Positions 1-8,141 of a DNA stretch of 64,000 nt are shown one piece after another. Source of the DNA: Polyangiales bacterium. Lineage in GTDB: Bacteria; Myxococcota_A; Polyangia; Polyangiales; Ga0077539. The stretch covers positions 250,284 to 314,283 of the forward strand of contig JAXLYI010000006.1 of the NCBI GenBank assembly GCA_046351555.1, in the 5' to 3' direction. A program made the translations under genes and the position numbers. The notes below the pieces were generated by a model, which was given only the letters and a program-made list of their open reading frames with translations, did not search any database and was not told where the DNA came from. How positions within the stretch are numbered: the stretch's first letter is position 1; each line of letters starts with the position of its first letter.

Positions 1-2297
1 GAGGTCGGCGCGCTCGGGGTCGCGGGCGATGACGCAGACGTTGGCGCGCGGCTCGTCGAGGCTGAGCGAGCGCAGGGCCTCGCCGAGGAAGGCCACCGCC
101 GACCCGATGTCGGGGAAGGCGTGGAGCTCGACGGGGGCGCCGTGGCGGGTGGCGAGGGGGGGCTCCGGGTCGGCGAGGGGGCCGAGCACGGCGCGGGCGA
201 AGGCGAGCACCTCCATCGTCGAGCGGTACCCGATGCGCAGGGGCTCGACCGCGACGCCCTGGAGCCCGAGGTCGCCCAGGACGCCGCGCCAGTCGGTGAA
301 GCCGTTGTCCATGTGGAGCCGCTGCGCGGTGTCGCCGGCGAGGGTCACCGAGCGGTCGTCGGAGGCGGTGTCCATCACGACGGCGAGCTCGACGGGGGAG
401 AGGTCCTGCGCCTCGTCGATGAAGACGTGCTCGTAGCGCAGGGGCTGCTTGGCGGGGCCGCGCAGCGCGCCGCGCTTCACCTGGTAGATGCGCATGAGGA
501 GCGCGTCGTCCTCGGGGTCGATGGTGGGGGCCTCGTCGTCCTCGGCGACGCCGTCGGCGCCCACCGCGGGCCCGGCGTCGTCGTCGAGGTGGTCGTCGCC
601 CTCCTCGTCGCGGCCGTCCTCGCGCCACGAGCGGACGCTCTCGCGGGCCTCCTCGACGGCCTCGCCGGCGGCGAGCTCCTCGCGCTCGGTGCCCTCGTCG
701 CGGCGCTCGCCCCGCTCCTTCGCGCGGGCGGCGCGGCGCTCGGCGCGCTCGGCGCGGGCGGCGCGGCGGCCCTCCTTCGCCTCGGTCTCCTCGTCGTCCT
801 CGTCGCGCTCGGCGTGGACCCACCGGGCCGCGCGCTCGCTCGACCAGCGCACCGCGCCGGCGATCTCGTCGGCGCTGAACTCCCCGGGCGCGTGCGCGGC
901 CGCGGCCGCGGCGATCGCCTTGGCGTCGGTGACGAGCTCGGCCCAGTCCCACACCACGTCGCGGGCGCGGCGGTTCCAGCGGTCGAGGGGCTTCTGGAGG
1001 TCGTGGGCGGCGCGGGAGCCGAGCGAGGGGCCCGCCACGCCGCCGAGCTCGCGCTCGCCGCGGAGCCACTGCATCAGCCCGGCGACGCGGCGCGAGAGCG
1101 GCGACCCGTCGAGCGCGGCCCACGCCCGCCCCACCGCCTCGCCGACGCCCGTGCGCTCGGCCACGCGGAGCAGCTCCTCCTTCGCGGCGGCCTCCTCCTT
1201 CGCGGCGCGCGCGTCGATGAGCTTGAGCATCAGCGGGTGCTTCTTCAGCCGCGTCACCGCCGCGGGCGTGTCGTCGGAGTACGCGTCGGGCGCGCGGGAG
1301 ACGTGGCGCTGGCGGGCGCGGGAGATCCACTCGGCGTACGTGGCCACCTGCACGCCCTCGACCCCGAGCGCCGGCAGCACCCGCACGATGTACGACGCCA
1401 GCGCGCGGTTGAACACCACGATGAGCATCTTGTCGGGCGCGAAGCGCTTGGGCTGGTTGAAGGCGAGCCACGCCATGCGGTGCAGGCCGATGGTGGTCTT
1501 GCCGCTGCCGGCGCCGCCCTGGATGAGCACGATCCCCGAGTGGGGCTTGGTGATGAGCTCGAACTGCCGCGGGTCGATGAGCGCCGGGATCTCCGGCAGG
1601 TGGTGGTCCTCGCGGCCCTCGACGCCGGCGCCGAGCCGGCCCTTGCGGTTGGCGGCGGCGCGGCGCTCCTCCTCGGTGGGCGGGCGCACGGCGGAGAGCT
1701 GGCCGCCCTCGAGCTTCGCGGGGCCCTCGTCGCCGCGCGTCCACGCGCCCTTCACGTGGTAGTAGGTGCCCTGCGGAGCGATGATGCGGCGCAGCTTCGA
1801 GTCGCGGATCACCACCGCGCGGCGCATCGCCACCTCGCCCTCGACGAGGCGCCCGCCGATCTCCTCCTCGTAGGGGTCGCCCTCGCCGTAGCGGTAGTAG
1901 ATCTTCGAGACCGGGGCGTCGCGCCAGTCGACGATGCGCACGCCGCTGTCGATGTCGACGTACGTCCCGTTGCCGATGAGCACGTCGCGGACGCGCCCGC
2001 CCTCCATGAGCTTCATGTGCCCGAAGTAGGGCGAGGCGGGGTTGACGGCGCCGGTCACCACCTCGGCGCGGCGGCTGGCGACGTTGCGCAGGCGCTCCAT
2101 CTCGGCGAGCAGCGCGGGCACGTCCTCCATGCGCGCCTCACCGATCGCGTCGCGCAGCTCGATGAGCTCCTGGTCGTAGTCCTTGCGGGATGACTCGCGC
2201 GCGGTGCGGGCGTTGGCCAGGACGCGGGCGAGGGTCTTCTCCTCCTCGGCGGTGACGCGGGCGAGGTCGGGGTCGGCGGGGCGCGGCGGGTCGCTCA
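1..2297 (-). CDS. SF1 helicase, UvrD/HelD-like (helicase IV-like), partial; runs off the window start
   Basis: Minus-strand translation starts MSDPPRP at 2297 and has no stop inside the window. Walker A reads QGGAGSGKT (about nt 1500-1560). The ATPase core sits after a roughly 250-aa N-terminal region, as in HelD. There is a charged E/R/A-rich low-complexity insert. The plus-strand ORFs over this region have junk composition. Confidence 0.75.
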
Positions 2298-2340
2298 TGG
2301 CGTCTATGGGGGTCTCCGATTTCGGGGGGCGGGGGTTGTA

Positions 2341-3279
2341 GTGCAATCCCGGACGGTTGTCATTGAGTCCGCGCCCGCGGGGCGCGTAGCGTCCGCCGCC
2401 GTGGACCCACCGCTCCCGATCGAGGTGGCCGGCCTCGCCGTCGCGGTCGCCCCGGTGGCGGCCCTGCTGATGGCCTTCCGGCGGGCCGACGCGGCGCGCC
2501 CGGAGCCGAAGCGGGAGGTGTTCGCGACGATGGCGCTCGGCTTCGCGGCGTGCGTGCCGGCGGCCGCGCTGGAGGTGGCGGAGAAGCGCCTGCTCGGGAG
2601 CTGGGCGCTGGCGGGCGGGCGCTTCCTCGACGCCTACCTCGTGGCCGCGCTCACCGAGGAGGGCGCCAAGCTCCTGGTGGTGCTCGCGTGGCCCTGGCGC
2701 CGGGGCTTCGACGAGGTGATGGACGGGATCCTCTTCACCGCCGCGGCCTCCCTCGGCTTCGGCCTGCTCGAGAACCTCATCTACGTCGACGCGCGCTTCG
2801 CCTCGCTCTTCTGCGCGGTGCCGGGCATCGACGCGCTCTGCAGCGAGCACGGCGCCGCGGGCACGCTCGAGGGCGTGGTGCTCGGCGTGGTGCGCGCGGT
2901 GACGGCCGTCCCGATGCACGCGGTCGCGTCGGGCATCATGGGCTACTACCTCGGGCGCGCGCGCTTCCACGACTGGAGCCCCGCGGCCGACGTCTTCGAC
3001 GACCTCCCCGAGCTCCTGCCCGCGTGGGTGCCGCGCAAGGTGGCGTGGGCGCTCTTCGGCCTCGCGGCCGCGGTCGCGGTGCACGGCACCTACGACTGGG
3101 CGGTGTTCGCGATGGGCACGCGGCCCGTGATCTTCCTCGTGCTCCCGACGATGCTCCTCGTGTCGGGCTATGCGCTCACGCGGCTCATGCGGCACGCGCT
3201 CGCGATCGACGACGAGCGCCTCGGGCCGGGGCACAAGGCCGCGCCCACCGGCACCCACACCGCCCCCGACAGCCCATGA
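2341..3279 (+). CDS. PrsW-family intramembrane metalloprotease
   Basis: Polytopic membrane protein. It carries an EEGAK-type motif and the FTAAASLGFGLLEN segment typical of the PrsW/CAAX-like protease family. It is divergent from the helicase. Confidence 0.65.
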   Translation: MQSRTVVIESAPAGRVASAAVDPPLPIEVAGLAVAVAPVAALLMAFRRADAARPEPKREVFATMALGFAACVPAAALEVAEKRLLGSWALAGGRFLDAYLVAALTEEGAKLLVVLAWPWRRGFDEVMDGILFTAAASLGFGLLENLIYVDARFASLFCAVPGIDALCSEHGAAGTLEGVVLGVVRAVTAVPMHAVASGIMGYYLGRARFHDWSPAADVFDDLPELLPAWVPRKVAWALFGLAAAVAVHGTYDWAVFAMGTRPVIFLVLPTMLLVSGYALTRLMRHALAIDDERLGPGHKAAPTGTHTAPDSP

Positions 3280-3309
3280 AACAAGCGCTTTGCAGCGCCG
3301 TGCCCACCC

Positions 3310-5826
3310 TTGACCGCGCAACGCCGGCGTGAGACGCAGGGGATGCGCCGAATCGTCCGGCGGCTCTCCGTGACCGACGCCCCGAAGGAGACCACACACC
3401 CCGTGAACCAACGACGCACCCCCTGGCGCTCCGGCCTCGCGCGCGTCGCCGCGCTCTCGCTGCTCTCGACCACCGCGCTGGGGTCGGGCTGCATCGAGGG
3501 CAACATCGGCGAGCCGGGCGCGAGCTGCGAGTCGACGCGCGCCTACTTCCTCCGCGACGTGTGGGGCCCGGTGCTGGCCACCAAATGCGTCGGCTGCCAC
3601 ACGCCGGGCGGGCAGGCCGAGGGCCACGGCGCCCGCTTCATCCTGCTGCCGGCGTCGTTCCCCGACTTCGCCGACGCCAACCTCGCGAGCGTGATCGCGA
3701 TGGTGAACCAGAGCTACGCGACGGGCTCGGGGCAGACGGCGGCGATCCTGGCCAAGCCCCTGTCGATGGTGCAGCACGGCGGCGGCGCGGTGATCCACGA
3801 GGGCACGGCGGAGCACCGCGCGCTCGAGGGCCTCGTCGAGCGGCTGCAGAGCGAGGACGACGCGACCGCGTGCCGGGACTTCGGCTCGGTGGCGGCGCCG
3901 TCGGGCGTGGTGATGCTCGACTGGCGGCAGACGCTGCGCAAGGCGTCGCTCGACATGCTCGGGCGGCTGCCGACGGAGGCCGAGCTGGCCCGCGCGGGCG
4001 CCGGCGAGCAGGGCTTCGAGCAGGCCGCCCTCGCGATGTTCGAGGACCCGGCCTTCTACCAGCGGTGGCGCACGGCGTGGAACGACCTGATGCTCACCGA
4101 CCGCTACCTGACCAACGACGGGTGCACGCAGCCGGCGCTCAACCTCATCTCGGGCGACGACTTCCCCAACCGCGGGGCCTACGGCGGCGCGGCGTCGACG
4201 TCGGGCCTCGACTGCTGCGGGCGCGACCGCGACAACGCGATGTGCGGCGACGTGCGGGAGTTCTTCAAGCGCGCCAACAACGCGGTGGCGCAGGAGCCGG
4301 TCAACCTCTTCGACTACATCGTCCGCAACAACCGCCCGTTCTCGGAGATCCTGACGGCCGACTACGTGATGGTGAACGCGCCGTCGGCCAACGTGTACGG
4401 CGTGGGCGACCAGGTGCGCTTCGACTCGTACACGTCCAACGACGTGCTCCCCGCGCGCATCACCTACACGTGGCGGGAGTACCGCAACAACAACAACATG
4501 CGCGAGCTCGTGCGGGAGGAGCGCTCGGAGTACCCCCACGCGGGCGTGCTGACGACGCCGGCCTTCCTCGCGCGGTACCCCACCACGGAGACCAACCGCA
4601 ACCGCCACCGCGCGCGCATCGTCCAGTCGTACTTCCTCGGGACGGACATCCTGCGCGTGGGCGAGCGCCCGCTCGACCCGACGGCGAGCGAGGCCCTGGT
4701 GCAGACGCCGACGCTCAACTACGCGCCCTGCGTCACCTGCCACCGGATGAACGACCCGATCGCGGGCGCCTTCCGCGCCTTCCCGCCGAGCAACGTCCCC
4801 GGGCGCTACCGGGCGAGCGCGACGTGGTACGCCGACATGTTCCCGCCGGGCTTCTCGGGGGAGAACATGCCGGCGTCGAGCTACTCGGCGGGCGTGCGGT
4901 GGCTGGCGCAGCGGGTGGTGTCCGACCCGCGCTTCGCGATGTCGACGGTGCGCTTCATCTACAAGTCGCTGACGGGCCGCGAGCCGCTGGTGTACCCGAC
5001 CGACACCGCCGACCCCCTCTACGCCGCCCGCGCCTCCGCGTGGAACGAGCAGGACCGCGCCCTCCGCGCCATCGCCCGCCGCCTCACCGCCTCCAACATG
5101 AACTTCAAGGCGGCCCTGGTGGAGATGCTCAAGTCCCCGCTCTACCGCGCCACCGCCGCCGTCGGCGTGACCGACCTCGCCGGGCGCACCGCCCACGCGG
5201 GCATCGGCACCGCGATGCTGCTCACCCCCGAGCTGCTCGACCGGCGCATCCGCGCGATCACGGGCTTCACCTGGTCGAAGACGCCGGGCCGCAACGACTC
5301 CTGGCTGCTCAACGACTTCTACTACCCGTACGGCGGCATCAACTCCGACACGATCGTGCGGCGCGCCACCGACCCGAGCGGGGTGATCACGGGCATCGCG
5401 CACCGCATGGCGACCGAGGTCGCGTGCCGCGCGACGGCCTGGGACTTCTCCTTCCCGCAGGCCGACCGGCGCTTCTTCCGCCACGTGCGCATCGACACGG
5501 TGCCCGAGTCGGGCGGCCAGCCGGTGCCCGGCAGCGTCGCGCAGATCCGGCAGAACATCGCGTGGCTGCACGAGGCGATCCTCGGCGAGCGGCTCTCGGT
5601 CGACGACCCCGAGGTGACGCGCACCTACGGCCTCTTCGCCGAGACGTGGCGCGAGACGAGCCAGACGAACTTCCTGCCCGACCCGTGCCGCGCGCAGGGC
5701 TCGCCGGTCGACGGCGTGCGGCTGCCGATGGAGCGGATGATCGTCGCCGACCCCAACGGCACCGTGCGCGCGTGGATGACCGTGCTCACGTACCTCTTCT
5801 CGGACCACCGCTTCCTGTACCAGTGA
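3310..5826 (+). CDS. Secreted DUF1592/DUF1588-family protein with two c-type heme CxxCH motifs
   Basis: N-terminal signal/lipobox (LLSTTALGSGC). CxxCH motifs at CVGCH and CVTCH. About 830 aa. This is the architecture of planctomycete/myxobacterial PSCyt/DUF1592-type proteins. The true start may instead be 3343 or 3403. Confidence 0.6.
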   Translation: MTAQRRRETQGMRRIVRRLSVTDAPKETTHPVNQRRTPWRSGLARVAALSLLSTTALGSGCIEGNIGEPGASCESTRAYFLRDVWGPVLATKCVGCHTPGGQAEGHGARFILLPASFPDFADANLASVIAMVNQSYATGSGQTAAILAKPLSMVQHGGGAVIHEGTAEHRALEGLVERLQSEDDATACRDFGSVAAPSGVVMLDWRQTLRKASLDMLGRLPTEAELARAGAGEQGFEQAALAMFEDPAFYQRWRTAWNDLMLTDRYLTNDGCTQPALNLISGDDFPNRGAYGGAASTSGLDCCGRDRDNAMCGDVREFFKRANNAVAQEPVNLFDYIVRNNRPFSEILTADYVMVNAPSANVYGVGDQVRFDSYTSNDVLPARITYTWREYRNNNNMRELVREERSEYPHAGVLTTPAFLARYPTTETNRNRHRARIVQSYFLGTDILRVGERPLDPTASEALVQTPTLNYAPCVTCHRMNDPIAGAFRAFPPSNVPGRYRASATWYADMFPPGFSGENMPASSYSAGVRWLAQRVVSDPRFAMSTVRFIYKSLTGREPLVYPTDTADPLYAARASAWNEQDRALRAIARRLTASNMNFKAALVEMLKSPLYRATAAVGVTDLAGRTAHAGIGTAMLLTPELLDRRIRAITGFTWSKTPGRNDSWLLNDFYYPYGGINSDTIVRRATDPSGVITGIAHRMATEVACRATAWDFSFPQADRRFFRHVRIDTVPESGGQPVPGSVAQIRQNIAWLHEAILGERLSVDDPEVTRTYGLFAETWRETSQTNFLPDPCRAQGSPVDGVRLPMERMIVADPNGTVRAWMTVLTYLFSDHRFLYQ

Positions 5827-5840
5827 GGGAGACGCGCACC

Positions 5841-7130
5841 ATGGAGCGAAGGAAATTTCTCGGTCTGGGCGTGCTCGCCGGCCTCGCCGCCGGCGTCGCC
5901 CCCGGCACGCGCCGGATGCTCGATGCGCAGCCGATGCCGCCGTCGTCCAACTCGGAGCCCTACACGGGCCGCTTCTTCCTGATGATCGACGCGGGCGGCG
6001 GCTGGGACCCGACGATGGTCTGCGACCCGAAGGGCGGGGACATCAACCACCAGTTCATGCCGAGCGCGATCCGGTCGGCGGGCAACATCCCGTACGCGCC
6101 GATCACCTACGCCGACGGCTACAGCAACCAGCGCTTCTTCGAGAAGTTCCACTCGCGGCTGCTGGTGCTGAACGGGGTCGACACGCAGACGGTCAACCAC
6201 GACTCGGGCAACCGCTTCACGTGGTCGGGGCGCCTGGAGGACGGCTACCCCCCGCTCGCGGCCATCATCGCCGCGGCGCTCGCGCCTGGCCGCCCGCTCG
6301 GCTTCCTCAGCAACGGCGGCTACGAGAACACCGTCGGCGTGGTGCCCCTCGCGCGCCTGCCGAGCCTCGACACCATCGGGCGCATCGCGTACCCCAACCG
6401 CACCGACCCCTCCATGGAGCAGGCCCGCTACCTCTCCGAGGCGTCGTACCAGCGCATCCGCCGCTACCAGCGCGAGCGCACCCTCGCCCAGGCCGACCAG
6501 TCCACCCTGCTCGCCTACGAGAACTCCCTGCGCCAGCTCGCGGCCACGCGCGCCGGGTCGAACCTCCTCGAGCGGCTGATGCAGTTCCTCCCCGGCAACG
6601 ACGTGCTCGGGCGGACGCAGAACCCCATCCTGCGCCAGGGCATGGTGGCGCTCGCGGCCTACCAGGCCGGCGTGACGGCGGCGGCCAACCTCGCGGTCGG
6701 CGGCTTCGACACCCACGGCCAGCACGACACCAACCAGGGCGCCGCCCTCTCGCGCCTCCTCCAGGGCGTCGACCAGCTCATGGACCGCGTCGACATGCTC
6801 GGCCTCGCCGACAAGGTCACCGTGGTCGTCGGCTCGGACTTCGGCCGCACGCCCGTCTACAACGCCCAGATGGGCAAGGACCACTGGTCGGTCACCAGCA
6901 TGCTGATGATGGGCGCGGGCGTGCGCGGCGATCGGGTGATCGGCGCCAGCAACGAGGCCCAGCGCGCGCGCGGCCTCGACTACACCACCCTCGCCGTCAG
7001 CGACGCGAGCACGCGGAAGCTCAACCCCAAGGCGATCCACACGGCGCTGCGCCGGCTCGCGGGCGTCGAGTCCTCCGAGGTGGCGCGGCAGTTCCCCATC
7101 TACGGCGACCGGATCGACCTGTTCAGTTGA
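5841..7130 (+). CDS. Tat-secreted DUF1552/DUF1501-like partner protein
   Basis: Twin-arginine signal MERRKFLGLGVLAGLAAG. About 430 aa. It starts 15 nt after the heme protein. This family is commonly paired with DUF1592-type proteins. The listed 3561..7130 ORF is a read-through artefact of this frame. Confidence 0.6.
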   Translation: MERRKFLGLGVLAGLAAGVAPGTRRMLDAQPMPPSSNSEPYTGRFFLMIDAGGGWDPTMVCDPKGGDINHQFMPSAIRSAGNIPYAPITYADGYSNQRFFEKFHSRLLVLNGVDTQTVNHDSGNRFTWSGRLEDGYPPLAAIIAAALAPGRPLGFLSNGGYENTVGVVPLARLPSLDTIGRIAYPNRTDPSMEQARYLSEASYQRIRRYQRERTLAQADQSTLLAYENSLRQLAATRAGSNLLERLMQFLPGNDVLGRTQNPILRQGMVALAAYQAGVTAAANLAVGGFDTHGQHDTNQGAALSRLLQGVDQLMDRVDMLGLADKVTVVVGSDFGRTPVYNAQMGKDHWSVTSMLMMGAGVRGDRVIGASNEAQRARGLDYTTLAVSDASTRKLNPKAIHTALRRLAGVESSEVARQFPIYGDRIDLFS

Positions 7131-7133
7131 GCG

Positions 7134-8141
7134 CTACGCCGTGAAGCGGTACCAGCCGTAGCTCACGCGCTCCAGCTTCCCCTCCGCCAGCATCTTCTTC
7201 ACCGCGCCCGGCGTGTGCCCGAGCGCCTTCAGCTCCCCCGCGGTGTACTCCCGCGCGGGTGTGGGGGCCTTCTTCGGCGCGGCCGCGGGCGCCTTCTTCG
7301 GCGCGGCCTTCTTCGGCGCGGCGGCCTTCTTCGGCGCGGCGGCCTTCTTCGGCGCGGCCGCGGGCGACGCGCTGACGGCGCCGTCGAGGTCGATGCCGAA
7401 CAGGTCGGCGAGGGCCTCGTCGCTCGCCTCGATCGCCCGCGGGGAGGCCACCCGCGCGCCCACGCGGCGGCCGGCCTCGGCGACGAGCTCGTTCATGTCG
7501 ACGCCGCGGAGCACGAAGAGGAGGTCGGGCTTCGTGTCGAGGCGCGCCCCGACGCCGTAGAGCACCGCGGCGACGTGCTTGCACACGTAGGCCCCGTCGG
7601 GGCACGAGCACGCGGCGTTGAGCTCCGACGCGCGGGGGATCATCCCGTCCTTGCTGTGCGTGAGCGCGCCCATCGCCTCGCCCGACACCTTGCCCTGGAG
7701 CAGCTCGAGCAGCGAGCCCACCCGCCCCGCGCACGACTCCCGCAGGCGCCTCCAGCGGTCGGCCGGGAGCGGCGTCACCGTCACCTGCACCGTGTAGAGC
7801 GACGAGCCGCTCACGAGGGCCTCGACGCGCCCCTTGGAGATGCCCAGGTGCGCCACGGAGCCGTTGCGGAGGTACGTCTTCCCCCGCGGGAGGCGGTTGG
7901 AGAAATCCGCCATGGACTCCAGCGCGTCGCACCACTGCTTGCCCCAGAAGGTGGTCGCCATCGCGCGCCCCGTCACCGACACGGGCTCGACCGGGAGGCC
8001 CTTCTTCTTCCGGGCCGCCATCGCCTTGTCGGCCGTCGCGCGGCGCGCGGCCACGGGCACGTACGGGGCCCACTGTGAGGCGCTGTAGCGCTCTCGGCTG
8101 CTCCATCTCGCCATGGGCGTGATGAGAGCTCCCGACCTCAC
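7134..8141 (-). CDS. SWIM zinc-finger protein with lysine-rich histone-H1-like tail
   Basis: CxCx6CxH SWIM motif (CSCPDGAYVCKH). A KKAAAP repeat tail is encoded by the 21-bp tandem repeat. It overlaps the upstream SNF2 gene by 4 nt. Confidence 0.75.
   Translation of the reverse strand: MRSGALITPMARWSSRERYSASQWAPYVPVAARRATADKAMAARKKKGLPVEPVSVTGRAMATTFWGKQWCDALESMADFSNRLPRGKTYLRNGSVAHLGISKGRVEALVSGSSLYTVQVTVTPLPADRWRRLRESCAGRVGSLLELLQGKVSGEAMGALTHSKDGMIPRASELNAACSCPDGAYVCKHVAAVLYGVGARLDTKPDLLFVLRGVDMNELVAEAGRRVGARVASPRAIEASDEALADLFGIDLDGAVSASPAAAPKKAAAPKKAAAPKKAAPKKAPAAAPKKAPTPAREYTAGELKALGHTPGAVKKMLAEGKLERVSYGWYRFTA
7264..7365. repeat. 21-bp tandem repeat (about 5 copies, GCCTTCTTCGGCGCGGC-like) encoding the KKAAAP tail of the SWIM protein
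   Basis: Visible tandem copies of ggccttcttcggcgcggc(g) on the + strand. Confidence 0.7.

Noticed and set aside
121-2193. 690-aa + strand ORF
   Set aside because: It is antisense to the helicase gene. The G/A/V/L/R-dominated composition has no motifs and is typical of GC-driven open frames.
3561-7130. 1189-aa + strand ORF spanning two genes
   Set aside because: Upstream of 5841 it is an R/P/G-rich alternate frame of the heme-protein gene. Only the 5841..7130 portion, with its Tat signal, is credible.
7264-7365. Tandem repeats considered as a CRISPR array (also 55610-55800 and 58030-58110)
   Set aside because: The repeats are contiguous with no spacers, in frame inside coding regions, and encode low-complexity peptide tracts.
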